A stretch of 64,000 bases of DNA from a virus, in the IMG/VR virus record IMGVR_UViG_3300046115_000059, positions 1 through 64,000 of that record. One strand, given 5' to 3'. The notes under the pieces are model-generated. The model was not told the DNA's origin and searched no databases. It worked only from the letters and a program-made list of their open reading frames with translations. Made by a program: the position numbers and the translations under genes. Positions 33,113 to 42,757 of this stretch are shown one piece after another. Numbering within the stretch: the first letter of the stretch is position 1; every line of letters begins with the position of its first letter.

Positions 33113-33729
33113 TCGAAGGCGAACTGATCGAAGTCGACGTGCAGGCGGGTAGTTCGATCGCGCACGTGGTGCTGCTACGTGAACAGCTCGCGCGCGTGAA
33201 ATCGATCGCGTTTTTCAACCGCATCGGTAAGCCGGTACGCGCGGAAACGATCGCAGATATCGGCTCAGACGGCTCGCATTGTGTCGCACGCATTCCACGC
33301 AACTTGTTGCCACCGCGGCCAGATTGGGACGCCACGCACGCGGAACGCGAGCAGTATAAGCAGGCGTTACAGCGCGTGCGCCAGCAATTTCAGATCGTCA
33401 CGCACGAAAGCGCGGACAGTCCGGTCTACGCGCGGCTGGTGCCGGGCACACCAGTGAAGCGTATCGCGGTGGTGCAGGCGCGGCCGCTGGGCACGAGCGG
33501 CCAGCACTGGCAAGCCGATCTCATTCCAGACGAAGATGAATTGGTGACGCATTTCGTGCTGGGTACCGAAGCGGGCGGCATTGAATACGCCGGGGTGTTC
33601 GACAAGCCGATCGTGCTGTGGGCTGGGCATCAAATGCGGATTGGTGTCGGTCCGAAGCCGGAACGCGTACCGGTACGCACGGCGCTACCGGCGCCAGTGA
33701 AGCAACTACCGGAACCGGTGACCGAATGA
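33100..33729 (+). CDS. Hypothetical protein
   Basis: ATG 33100 in the track frame. Confidence 0.55.
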   Translation: MEPVIEGELIEVDVQAGSSIAHVVLLREQLARVKSIAFFNRIGKPVRAETIADIGSDGSHCVARIPRNLLPPRPDWDATHAEREQYKQALQRVRQQFQIVTHESADSPVYARLVPGTPVKRIAVVQARPLGTSGQHWQADLIPDEDELVTHFVLGTEAGGIEYAGVFDKPIVLWAGHQMRIGVGPKPERVPVRTALPAPVKQLPEPVTE

Positions 33730-34211
33730 ACGCGCTCGATCGGCTGTGCGGTGTGGTGCTCGGGCTCGTAGATCAGCAGGCTATGTCAGATGATTCGTGG
33801 CGCGAGCCGTATCGCACCAGCAGCATGGCGATTGCGCAGGCGCTGCAACTGCTCATTACGCTCGAATGGGAAGGTGAAATCATTCACCATACGTGCCCGG
33901 TCTGCCACAATTGGCGGGCACACGGGCACACGCGCACGTGCAACATGGCGGCTGTGTTACAACTTATTCAACAGGAGCAACCGAATGCCAGCGCAAGTAA
34001 TGCCGAAAGCATTGCAGTGGAAACTGGAAACGTGCCCGCGATGCCAATCGCCGGTGAAGATGCTAGCCGACAGTCCGATGCAGCTGCCGGAGGAATGTCC
34101 GAATTGCATCGAGAACAGCAATCGGGTCGCAACGGCGCTGGGCCAGCAGCCGACACCGATCGTCAATCCAAAGCTGATTCACAATCTACTAAACGCGCAG
34201 GCCAACGATAG
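33726..34211 (+). CDS. Hypothetical protein (HHTCPVCHNW motif); low-complexity tail overlaps the next gene
   Basis: ATGA overlap. No stop until 34211. Confidence 0.45.
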   Translation: MNALDRLCGVVLGLVDQQAMSDDSWREPYRTSSMAIAQALQLLITLEWEGEIIHHTCPVCHNWRAHGHTRTCNMAAVLQLIQQEQPNASASNAESIAVETGNVPAMPIAGEDASRQSDAAAGGMSELHREQQSGRNGAGPAADTDRQSKADSQSTKRAGQR

Positions 34212-34326
34212 TGCGCGTATTACCGCGCTGCAGGCCGAAGTCACGGTGCTGACCGCGACCGTCAAAGCACTGCTCTCGCAGCTCGGCGTGAAACCTGCCG
34301 ATGTCGGCGCGCAAACGCTCGTCTGA
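33985..34326 (+). CDS. Zinc-ribbon plus coiled-coil protein
   Basis: AACAGGAGC SD then ATG 33985. Contains CPRC...CPNC. Confidence 0.5.
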   Translation: MPAQVMPKALQWKLETCPRCQSPVKMLADSPMQLPEECPNCIENSNRVATALGQQPTPIVNPKLIHNLLNAQANDSARITALQAEVTVLTATVKALLSQLGVKPADVGAQTLV

Positions 34327-34519
34327 TCCGGCGCAGCTCGCGCTAGATGACGCGTGCGCACCTGTGGTGCCGGTCGTGTATCCGGTACTGTCTGAGCCCA
34401 GCGTGCGCGCGCGGACAACGGTGATCATGTATCGCGATCGCGTGATCAGCGGGCAGTGGACGATGGAGCAATACGCGCGGGCGCTCGAACGCCACGATCA
34501 CGGCTATCAGGGCTCATGA
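34301..34519 (+). CDS. Hypothetical protein
   Basis: 72-aa ORF from the track. Confidence 0.5.
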   Translation: MSARKRSSDPAQLALDDACAPVVPVVYPVLSEPSVRARTTVIMYRDRVISGQWTMEQYARALERHDHGYQGS

Positions 34520-36387
34520 GCCGCGGTGCGTGGCAGCGGCTCGGTAGTCGCAAGCCTACTGACGGGCGCCCGTGGTCGCCACCGGGCGGCTGGATCGAAA
34601 CCTCACGCGGCATCTGGGTGCCACCAGATTACAAACCACTCGCGTGGGAACTGCAGCCACCGACGATCGTCACGCTCGAAGATGAACGCCGCGAATACGT
34701 GCGCTGCTCGCAGTCGGCGCCGTATGCGATCTTTCATTACTTCTGGTCGGTCGACGTCGACACGGATCCCGAACAGCCGGTGTTTCGTCGCATTCCCGCA
34801 TTGCCACACTTGCGACGATTCTTGCGCGCGTGGCAGCGTCCGAAAAATATTCACGTCGAGAAGACGCGGCAGATGCTGGTCAGCTGGGCCTGCATGGCGC
34901 TGTTCCTGTGGGACATTCTGTTTCAGGACGACTGGCAGAATCTCGTAGTCAGTAAAAAAGCGCTCGACGTGGATGATGGTGGTGCGCAGTCGACGTACAA
35001 CTCACTGCTTGGCAAGGTGCGCATGATCTACGAACACCTGCCACCGTTCTTGTACATGCCGCTCGACATTGTGAAATACCGCATTCACAATGAAACACGC
35101 AAGAGCGGGATCCGCGGGGAAACTGGCAACCGGGATGCCGGTCGGTCGGGTGCATTCAAACGGGCGCTGCTGGACGAAGCGGCGCGCATTCCGGCGAGCG
35201 AATCATCCTTCAAAGCGGCGCGGCAAGCCTGTAAAAACGGGCTGGGGCTTGTGTCCACACCGGAAGGCAAGGGCAACGTGTTCGCGCGTATCCGGTTCAC
35301 GCCGGTGACCACCTTCGAAAAGCTGTCATTTCACTGGACAGAAAATCCGCTGAAAAATGCCGGGCTGCGCTGCGAGCATTGCACATGGGTGGCGCATCCG
35401 GGCACCGGGCTGGATCCGCGCGAGCAGTTTCTCGCGCACGTGTGCCCACATCCGGAAGGCAAGCGGGCCACCAACAATTGGTATCGGCGTGAAAGCATGG
35501 ATCTGCGGCCGGATCAAATCGCCAGCGAACTCGATATCAATTACGAGCAGTCGGTGCGCGGCCGCGTGTTTCCCACATTCAACAGCGCGCGCCACGTGCG
35601 CGAGATGTCCACCTACCGGCCGCACTCGTTGATCGGCGTGAATCAATGGGGTGCACCGCTCGGGCCGCGGTTCGATCTCGAACACGTCGACAGCTATCGC
35701 GAGCGGTATTTACGCTGTGCGCTCGATCCACTCTTACCGATTTTCACGTGTTGGGATTTCGGTGTGGGCGATCCGACGAGCATTCTACTGGCGCAGGAAC
35801 TCTCACCGGATGGGCCGCTGATCCGGTTCGTGGATGAAATCGAACTGGCCGACAAGAGCTACGATTTTTTCCACACCTTCTGGCGCGATCTCTGGTTGCG
35901 TTTATGGATCGATCTCGGCGGCAATGCGATTCATTCGTTCCAGCACTACGGGGATCCAGCGGGCAAGAATCGGGAGAGCGATCTCAAAAGCTGGATTCAA
36001 AATTTAGCGAATGCGAATCCGCCGATCATGATTCAGCACCTTGTGCCGCAGGATATGAAACAGCGCGCGCTGCAGGGCAGCTTGCTCGACTGGCTCGATT
36101 TCATTCGCGCGCAGTATGCAAAAGACCGTATTGAAATCAGCAGCTGGTGCAGTCACCTGATCGACGCGACGTCGCAGTACCACTTTCCGGTGGACGAGGA
36201 AGGCAATCCACTACCGGGCCAGCACGAACCGGTGCATGATCAATGGTCGCATGCGTGCGCGGCCAAACGATACATGTATAAGTATCGGTATCTGCACCTG
36301 TTGCAGTCGCGCACCGGTGGCAACACCGCGAGCGATGTGCTGATGATGGGCCGCAACACGAAGCCGAAAGCACAGGTGGAATTCTAA
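34516..36387 (+). CDS. terL: Terminase large subunit
   Basis: EKTRQMLVSW (Walker A-like), ALLDEAARIP (Walker B), CWDFGVGDPTS and HYGDPAGKNRES (RNase-H-like nuclease). ATGA overlap start. Confidence 0.85.
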   Translation: MSRGAWQRLGSRKPTDGRPWSPPGGWIETSRGIWVPPDYKPLAWELQPPTIVTLEDERREYVRCSQSAPYAIFHYFWSVDVDTDPEQPVFRRIPALPHLRRFLRAWQRPKNIHVEKTRQMLVSWACMALFLWDILFQDDWQNLVVSKKALDVDDGGAQSTYNSLLGKVRMIYEHLPPFLYMPLDIVKYRIHNETRKSGIRGETGNRDAGRSGAFKRALLDEAARIPASESSFKAARQACKNGLGLVSTPEGKGNVFARIRFTPVTTFEKLSFHWTENPLKNAGLRCEHCTWVAHPGTGLDPREQFLAHVCPHPEGKRATNNWYRRESMDLRPDQIASELDINYEQSVRGRVFPTFNSARHVREMSTYRPHSLIGVNQWGAPLGPRFDLEHVDSYRERYLRCALDPLLPIFTCWDFGVGDPTSILLAQELSPDGPLIRFVDEIELADKSYDFFHTFWRDLWLRLWIDLGGNAIHSFQHYGDPAGKNRESDLKSWIQNLANANPPIMIQHLVPQDMKQRALQGSLLDWLDFIRAQYAKDRIEISSWCSHLIDATSQYHFPVDEEGNPLPGQHEPVHDQWSHACAAKRYMYKYRYLHLLQSRTGGNTASDVLMMGRNTKPKAQVEF

Positions 36388-36599
36388 TGCCAACTTTCAA
36401 AGTTCCGGATGAAGCGCACTATCGATTCGCGGCGAGGTTGCTTCGTGGTGAACGTATCGATCTAAACGAAGTGATCGAGTATGGTCGGAATTGTTTCACG
36501 GCTGGTCATTTGCAAGGATTGGAACATCCGGTCGTGAGAAGCAGTCACGTGATCGCATCATTACGCGACGCCGTGGGTCGCTCGCAGCGGGTGCTGTGA
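36387..36599 (+). CDS. Hypothetical protein
   Basis: TAATG overlap. Confidence 0.45.
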   Translation: MPTFKVPDEAHYRFAARLLRGERIDLNEVIEYGRNCFTAGHLQGLEHPVVRSSHVIASLRDAVGRSQRVL

Positions 36600-36901
36600 T
36601 GGTTTACGTGGACGACATGCAGGCGGAATTTCGTGGGATGATCATGTGCCACATGGTGGCGGATTCTCATGCTGAATTGATTGCGATGGCTGATCGTATC
36701 GGTGTGCAGCGCAAGTGGATTCAGCAACCGGGCACGACGCGCGAGCATTTCGATATCTGTCTCACGAAACGAAAGGCAGCGATCAAAGCTGGTGCGGTTG
36801 CGGTCACATGGCGCTGGATCGGTCTGCGCGATCAGGCATTGCGGCGTGGCGAGTCTGTTCCTGAAATCGAATACGAGCTGGTCGGCACATTGGAGCTGTA
36901 A
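36599..36901 (+). CDS. DUF4031-family protein
   Basis: MVYVDDMQ...MCHMVADSHAELIAMADRIGV...REHFDI...KAGA. Confidence 0.7.
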   Translation: MVYVDDMQAEFRGMIMCHMVADSHAELIAMADRIGVQRKWIQQPGTTREHFDICLTKRKAAIKAGAVAVTWRWIGLRDQALRRGESVPEIEYELVGTLEL

Positions 36902-36904
36902 ACA

Positions 36905-37291
36905 ATGAACATCACACGACGGGCGTGGTTGGGAATGATCGGCGCGCTGGCCACGGTGGCAAGCACCGGGCGCATGGCACTGCACGCAACACCGCAGGTT
37001 CGACAGGTGCGCATGTGGACGTGTCCGCAGGCGCCTGATTATGCGTTCCGATTCTACATCGATCCTGAAAATCCTGATTCGATTGTTTATCGCGTGCACA
37101 CGGTGGTGGCCGATCAGGAATACGGATTAGAACGCGTGATATCGGTCGATCAAATTTTTTCAAAGCCGGTGGCATGGGCTGAGGAAACGCTGGTGCAGTG
37201 GCTGAACGAATACGCGAAACATAACGGCCAGCGTGTGCTGGTTGGCGTGCGTGCGCTGCAGGTGAAGCACTATATTCCGATCGAGCTGTAG
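36905..37291 (+). CDS. Exported protein with Tat-type signal
   Basis: MNITRRAWLGMIGALATVASTGRMALHA. Confidence 0.5.
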   Translation: MNITRRAWLGMIGALATVASTGRMALHATPQVRQVRMWTCPQAPDYAFRFYIDPENPDSIVYRVHTVVADQEYGLERVISVDQIFSKPVAWAEETLVQWLNEYAKHNGQRVLVGVRALQVKHYIPIEL

Positions 37292-37452
37292 TGCCGTTCA
37301 AAAGTGAAGCCGAGCGACGGATCTACGCGGCCAATATTATGAACCGACTATACTGGCAGCGACGGAACGCAAAGCAGTGCATCAAATGCGGCAAGCCATC
37401 ACGCACGGTGTATTGTGCATCGTGCGGTGCTGGGCGGAAACGGAAATCATGA
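37291..37452 (+). CDS. 53-aa zinc-ribbon protein (CIKCG...CASCG)
   Basis: GTG 37291 overlaps the upstream TAG. Translated by hand. Contains the P11 element. Confidence 0.4.
   Translation: MPFKSEAERRIYAANIMNRLYWQRRNAKQCIKCGKPSRTVYCASCGAGRKRKS
37338..37354 (+). promoter_or_regulatory. Cassette-type element P11 (TATGAACCGAC-TATACT), no -35, inside a coding ORF
   Basis: AACCGACTATACT is a 13-nt exact match to the cassette consensus. Confidence 0.4.
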
Positions 37453-37652
37453 CCACGAATCACACATGCGAATGCGGCGGCAATCTGTTCACCGAAGTGC
37501 TGGAAATGCGGCCGGACGGTGGCCGCGAAAAACTCAATATGCTGCAGTGTTGCGGCTGCAGCACGGTGCACCGGCGCGATCCGGTTACGCGTGACTGGAC
37601 GCGGCTCGAATTTGCAGGTGCCGAAGGTTCGTGGCAACCGGCGCGCGGGTAA
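37449..37652 (+). CDS. Small zinc-ribbon protein (CECGG...CCGC)
   Basis: ATGA overlap at ATG 37449. Confidence 0.45.
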   Translation: MTTNHTCECGGNLFTEVLEMRPDGGREKLNMLQCCGCSTVHRRDPVTRDWTRLEFAGAEGSWQPARG

Positions 37653-37655
37653 GCC

Positions 37656-38624
37656 GTGGCGCAGCGCTCGCGCATCATTACGGGCGACTGCCTGCAGGTC
37701 ATGCGATCGTTTGACGCCGATAGTATCGATGCGATCGTCACCGATCCGCCCTACGGGCTCACCTTTGCCGGTGAAGAGTGGGACAAACTGGGCACCGGTC
37801 AGCAGATGCAGCGGTGGGCCGCGGAGTGGGCCGCGGAAGCGCTGCGCGTGGCAAAGCCGGGTGCCTACATGCTGTCGTTCGGTGGTGCCACCAAATGGCA
37901 CCGGGCGGCCGCAGGGATCGAGGATGGCGGCTGGGCGATCTACGACAATCTGTTTTGGTTCTACGGGCAAGGCAAGCCGAAATCGATCGACGTCGGCAAG
38001 GAACTCGATCGGCTGGCTGGTGCCGATCGGGAAGTGTTGGGCTATATCGTCAAGGGGAAGCGGCCGGGATTCAACGGTGGGCGCTACACACGGCAGCCGA
38101 AAGGCGCGGTGCCGGTGACCGGGGCGCCCGTCACGCGCGCGGCGCAGGAATGGGACGGCTGGGGCACCGCGCTGAAACCGGCCTACGAAGGCATTGTGCT
38201 GGCGCGCAAGCCGGTGCAGTTCCGGATCGCGGACAATCTGCAGCGCTACGGCACCGGCGCGATCAATGTGCAGGCCGCGCGCGGCGATACCGGTCGCTGG
38301 CCGACCAATGTGCTGATCGATGAACAGGTGGCGCAGCAGCTAGGGCCGCTCGCGCGTTACTTCTATTGTGTGAAGGCTAGCGCGCGTGAACGGCATTCCG
38401 ATCATGCGGGCGAGGCGATCGAAGGCAATGCGCATGTGACGGTGAAGCCGCTGGCGCTCATGCGCTGGTGCGTCCGGCTGGTGGCACCGGCGCGCGGGGT
38501 GATCCTCGATCCGTTCGGTGGATCGGGCTCGACAGGTGTGGCAGCGAAGCAGGAAGGCCGCACGTGCATTCTGATCGAGCAGGAAGCGGCATCGGCGACC
38601 ACGGCAAAGGCGCGGATGCTGTGA
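37656..38624 (+). CDS. DNA methyltransferase (N6-adenine or N4-cytosine, beta class)
   Basis: DAIVTDPPYG (motif IV) precedes ILDPFGGSGSTG (motif I). Confidence 0.85.
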   Translation: MAQRSRIITGDCLQVMRSFDADSIDAIVTDPPYGLTFAGEEWDKLGTGQQMQRWAAEWAAEALRVAKPGAYMLSFGGATKWHRAAAGIEDGGWAIYDNLFWFYGQGKPKSIDVGKELDRLAGADREVLGYIVKGKRPGFNGGRYTRQPKGAVPVTGAPVTRAAQEWDGWGTALKPAYEGIVLARKPVQFRIADNLQRYGTGAINVQAARGDTGRWPTNVLIDEQVAQQLGPLARYFYCVKASARERHSDHAGEAIEGNAHVTVKPLALMRWCVRLVAPARGVILDPFGGSGSTGVAAKQEGRTCILIEQEAASATTAKARML

Positions 38625-38848
38625 GTAAAAAGCGGCCACCAGTCGAGGATGGTGAATGGTTTGCGCCGGTGCGTGGCGGCTACAAACTCGAATGCTGTGA
38701 CTGCGGGCTCGTGCACTGCATGCAGTTCCGCGTGCACAAGGGACAGCTGCAGGTGCGCGGGTGGCGCGATAATCGAGCGACCGGGCAGGTTCGGCGCTGG
38801 GCTCGAAACCGTGCGAGAATAACCGGGCGCAGACAACGGCACAGATAG
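38621..38848 (+). CDS. Hypothetical protein (YKLECCDCGLVH motif)
   Basis: GTGA overlap. Confidence 0.5.
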   Translation: MSKKRPPVEDGEWFAPVRGGYKLECCDCGLVHCMQFRVHKGQLQVRGWRDNRATGQVRRWARNRARITGRRQRHR

Positions 38849-38852
38849 CAAC

Positions 38853-41108
38853 ATGGCAGGATCCGCACTCCGCTGGTTTGAAGGCTGGATGCCGCGACGG
38901 TTTTCCCGCGAACCGGAAATGTCGCTGCCGATGGCGCTCGCGCACCTGACGGCGGTGCGACAGAAACCAAAGCTGTCGAGCACGCACAGTGAATACGGCG
39001 GCAGCGGCACGCCGATGGCTGGGCTCACCGTGGCCGCCGAAGATTACAACCGGCAACTGCAAGGCGCCGAAGCCGTCAAAACCTACGACAAGATGCGGCG
39101 CGGCGACGCGCAGGTATCCGCCACGCTGAAAGTACTGAAACTCCCGCTACTCAAAGCGGATTGGGTGTACGTGCCACCGGAAAAAGGTGATGCGACCGAT
39201 CAGCAGATCGCGGATTTCTGTAATGCCATGGTGCTGGACGACGATGCGATGCTGCATCCGTGGTCGTTCACGCTACGCCACATTCTCCTGAAACTCGATT
39301 TCGGATTCTCACCATTGGAGTTGGTGTGGGAGGTGGGGCTCGAAGGTGCCTACAAGTATTACCGGTTGGCACCGCGGCTGCCGGTCAGCGTGACGGAATG
39401 GCATCTTGATGACAACGGCCAGCTTGTGGAGATGCTGCAAAAAGTGATGAAAGGCGGCCGCGAGCAAACGGTTGCCATTCCGGCCGAGTATCTTGCGGTG
39501 TTCGTGCACGAACGGGAAGGCGACAATTTCAACGGGATCAGCGCGCTGCGGCCAGCGTTCAAGCACTGGCATTACAAAGATCAGCTCTATTCGATCGACG
39601 GGATCAAGCACATGCGATTCGGCGCGGGCACGCCGAAGGCGCAAAATAATGGCGGGCCAACAGATCCGAAAACGATGGCCGCCATTCAAACCGTGCTCGA
39701 AGGCGTGCAGTCGCACGAGCGGGCCTACATTATTTCACCGAATGGCTGGGACGTGTCGATCATGGTGCCGCAGGCGCAAAGCGGAACTGACATCATGAAA
39801 TCGGTCGAGCATCACGACGTGATGATCGCGCGCAACATCCTCGCACCGTTCATGAATGTGGGGCAGGCGCCGAATGGCACGCGCAGCAGCACGGTGGAAT
39901 TGATCGACGTGTTTTTTACTGCGCTCGAAGGGGTGGCACAGGAAATCAGCAGCGATGCCAAGCGGCAGATCACGGCGCCGATCTGTGATCTGAATTTCGA
40001 TATGACCGGGCGCAGTTATCCGACGTTGCAGGCACGCAACATCACGCGCGTGGACATGAAAGAGCTGGGCGCCACGCTCGAACCGCTCGTGAAAGCCGGG
40101 CTGCTCACGCCGGACGACACGATCGAAGATGCGCTGCGAAAAATTATCGGCTGGCCGCCACTAGCGGCTGCGTTGCGTCGTGGCGATCGGGCGCGTCCGG
40201 AACAGCAAGGCGGTGCGACAGGTGGGCGCACAGCGACAACCGACGCGGTTGAAGAGGAGTTGGCGGCCGCGCAGGCACGGCAGCAGCCGAACGATGCGGC
40301 GCTGCGAGAGCCAACGGATTTCGAGCGGCAAGTGCTCAGCCTCACGGATGTGCCGATGCAGCTCGATAACGCGATCGCGCATCTGGTGCGCGAACTCACG
40401 CGCGTGCGCGAGCAGCAGGTGCGCCGGGCCGCGCGCTACATTCGTAATATCGACGCCGAACAGGGCATTGCCGGAATCAACGACGACATTCCGCTGGGTT
40501 ACGAAGCGGAAATCGAACGGCTGATCCGTGCATCACAAAAGGCAGTGGCGCGCTATGGCGCTGAACAGGTGCGGCTGGAATTGAAGCGGCAGGGCGCACC
40601 GGTGGACCTGCGGTTCAGCGAATCAGAAATACTCGCCATGGATGCGACACCGCTCGGGCGCCGCGACGCGGCCAGCCTGATGGCAACTTCGGCCACGAAT
40701 ACGACCGCACAGCTCAATGCACAGATGCGCGCGGTCATCAGCGAGCAGGCGCTACGCTTGCGCCGTTCGGGTTTACGTGGCGACGATCTGGAGCAGCGCA
40801 TCATTCAAGAAACGTTGCCCAGCGCGAGACGGAACATCCTGCAGCCGGTGCGTGGTGAAGTACACGAAGCGTTCGGCGTAAGCCGCACCGCGGAAGCGCT
40901 GCGGAATAGGCACATGATTCTGTATGCCATGCAGTCAACCATTTTTGATAGCAAGCGGTGCGCGAACTGCGCAGGCGTCGACGGCGAAACGTTCGTGATG
41001 GGTAGCGAGCGGCAGTTGTCGCTGCAGCCGCCGTATGTGGATTGTCAGGGTCGGGAAAATTGCCGGTGCGTGCAGCTGTATATCTACAGCGAGCCCAGCC
41101 GGAACTAA
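38853..41108 (+). CDS. Portal protein fused to a Mu gpF/SPP1 gp7-like head-morphogenesis domain
   Basis: 751 aa. The N-terminal roughly 450 aa are portal-like (AVKTYDKMRRGDAQVSATL...). The C-terminus has CANCAGVDGETF...QPPYVDCQGRENCRC. Confidence 0.75.
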   Translation: MAGSALRWFEGWMPRRFSREPEMSLPMALAHLTAVRQKPKLSSTHSEYGGSGTPMAGLTVAAEDYNRQLQGAEAVKTYDKMRRGDAQVSATLKVLKLPLLKADWVYVPPEKGDATDQQIADFCNAMVLDDDAMLHPWSFTLRHILLKLDFGFSPLELVWEVGLEGAYKYYRLAPRLPVSVTEWHLDDNGQLVEMLQKVMKGGREQTVAIPAEYLAVFVHEREGDNFNGISALRPAFKHWHYKDQLYSIDGIKHMRFGAGTPKAQNNGGPTDPKTMAAIQTVLEGVQSHERAYIISPNGWDVSIMVPQAQSGTDIMKSVEHHDVMIARNILAPFMNVGQAPNGTRSSTVELIDVFFTALEGVAQEISSDAKRQITAPICDLNFDMTGRSYPTLQARNITRVDMKELGATLEPLVKAGLLTPDDTIEDALRKIIGWPPLAAALRRGDRARPEQQGGATGGRTATTDAVEEELAAAQARQQPNDAALREPTDFERQVLSLTDVPMQLDNAIAHLVRELTRVREQQVRRAARYIRNIDAEQGIAGINDDIPLGYEAEIERLIRASQKAVARYGAEQVRLELKRQGAPVDLRFSESEILAMDATPLGRRDAASLMATSATNTTAQLNAQMRAVISEQALRLRRSGLRGDDLEQRIIQETLPSARRNILQPVRGEVHEAFGVSRTAEALRNRHMILYAMQSTIFDSKRCANCAGVDGETFVMGSERQLSLQPPYVDCQGRENCRCVQLYIYSEPSRN

Positions 41109-41117
41109 GGAGCAGGC

Positions 41118-41501
41118 ATGCCGACAGCAGTTGCACCGAAATTGAATCGCGCCGAGCGGCTAGCCGCGCTCGTGGCGAGGGTGAATCCGTCCGCGGCCGC
41201 GGCGATCACGAAGAGGGCGGGCAAGTGGCCGTATCGGGATCCACAGGATCAGGCGGCAATCGAATCACAGCACGATAACTGGCTGCGTGGTCAGGGCAAG
41301 CGATCGCAGGCCGAAAACGCCAGTGTCGAGCAGGCGATCGATCAACAGGAACGCGCGAAGCGCGGGGCACCGTATGAACTACAGCAGCTGCCCGATGGCC
41401 GGTGGCGCATTCGCGTGTTCGGCGACGAAGGCGATTCGTTTGGCGCTGTGGGTACCACGGTCGAGGACGCGCTGTCGAAGCTGGAGGTAAAAGTCAAATG
41501 A
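41118..41501 (+). CDS. Hypothetical protein
   Basis: SD AAGGAG precedes ATG 41118. Confidence 0.5.
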   Translation: MPTAVAPKLNRAERLAALVARVNPSAAAAITKRAGKWPYRDPQDQAAIESQHDNWLRGQGKRSQAENASVEQAIDQQERAKRGAPYELQQLPDGRWRIRVFGDEGDSFGAVGTTVEDALSKLEVKVK

Positions 41502-42271
41502 TCAATCAGTCCGAACAGCACGATCGGGAATTCGGCCGCTCGAATCATCCGCATGGTTCGCGCCTGCGGGTGGTGACACGCGATCTCGGCGATCTGCGCG
41601 GGCGCAAACCGTCGTGGCGCTGGCGCTGGCGCAATGCACTCGAACGGCTGCGCGGGCGACCGTTCGATTTGGCGCTGCGGTTTGTGGCACACGTGCCCGG
41701 TATGCTGGTGCTCTGCAGCGAGCTACAGGTGCGCGTCTATCAATCGGTGCCCACGTTGCTGCCGTGGCAGCGCGAAGGCTTGCGGAAATATCTATCGACT
41801 GGTGTGGATCTGCGACAGGTGCCAGCGTATTACGGTGGCCACGTGATCAATTATGGCGTGGTGTCGACGCGGATTGTCACCGATGCCGGGGTGAATTTCA
41901 TTGTCGACGCGTTCCAAAATCTCACCGAAGTCGAGAACTTCAAATTCCACGGCTACGGCACGGGCGCGGGTGCGGAAGCAGTGGGCAATACCGCACTGAC
42001 CACGGAACTGACAACCGAATACGCGGCCGACAATACGCGGCCGACCGGTTCGCAGGGTGAAGGGGCGACAGCTAACGTGTATCGCACGACGGCCACGCTC
42101 AGCCCGGATGGTGCGGGCACACTGGCGATCACGGAGCATGGCATATTCAGTCAAGCGGGCACCGGTGGTGGTTCGTTGCTGGATCGATCGTTTTTCACTG
42201 CGGTGAATCTCACGCGATCGGCGGATTCCCTGCAAACGCAATACGATTTGACGTTCACGTCTGGCGGCTAA
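41498..42271 (+). CDS. Hypothetical virion-module protein
   Basis: ATGA overlap. The C-terminal half is Gly/Thr/Ala-rich and beta-like. Confidence 0.5.
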   Translation: MINQSEQHDREFGRSNHPHGSRLRVVTRDLGDLRGRKPSWRWRWRNALERLRGRPFDLALRFVAHVPGMLVLCSELQVRVYQSVPTLLPWQREGLRKYLSTGVDLRQVPAYYGGHVINYGVVSTRIVTDAGVNFIVDAFQNLTEVENFKFHGYGTGAGAEAVGNTALTTELTTEYAADNTRPTGSQGEGATANVYRTTATLSPDGAGTLAITEHGIFSQAGTGGGSLLDRSFFTAVNLTRSADSLQTQYDLTFTSGG

Positions 42272-42277
42272 AACCGG

Positions 42278-42757
42278 ATGCCGAAAACGGATCCGGCGCA
42301 TCTCGCGCGCGGCCGCCAGCGGTATCTGCGGCTCAGGGCTGAGAGCCTGTGCACAAAATGCGCGACGCGCAAAGTCAAAGCCGGATCGATCTGCTCGCGC
42401 TGCAAGCGCAGAAAAAAGCCGCCGAACCGATCGGCGACATCGATCGAACAGCGGAAGCAGTATAACGTTCGGCTGCGCCATAGTGGTGAGTGCCGGTGCG
42501 GTGCGCCATCGGCGCCGTTTCGGGACTGTTTGAAATGTCGGCTGGCGAAAGCGGTGCGACGGAAACTTACGCGAGGGAAGGGGCGACAAGGTGCGAAAAT
42601 TTATCTGCGCGCTATCGGTTCTGCTCACACTATCGGCCTGTGCAGCGAAAACACAGCCGACCGTGGATCCGGAAGATCCTACGAAGGCCGATCGCATCGA
42701 GGATCAGCTGCGCGAGATGCGCGTCACGATGCTGGGGTTGCAGGACGATCTGATTAA
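42278..42757 (+). CDS. Basic Cys-rich protein; tail overlaps the next gene
   Basis: CTKC...CSRC...CRCG...CLKC. The last 55 aa are low complexity and lie out of frame over 42591..43340. Confidence 0.4.
   Translation: MPKTDPAHLARGRQRYLRLRAESLCTKCATRKVKAGSICSRCKRRKKPPNRSATSIEQRKQYNVRLRHSGECRCGAPSAPFRDCLKCRLAKAVRRKLTRGKGRQGAKIYLRAIGSAHTIGLCSENTADRGSGRSYEGRSHRGSAARDARHDAGVAGRSD

Noticed and set aside
237-37354. Whether the repeated 34-nt cassette could be a CRISPR array or a MITE family.
   Set aside because: The copies are 0.6-17 kb apart and always directly upstream of genes in one orientation. They carry -35/-10 hexamers and have no terminal inverted repeats or regular spacers.
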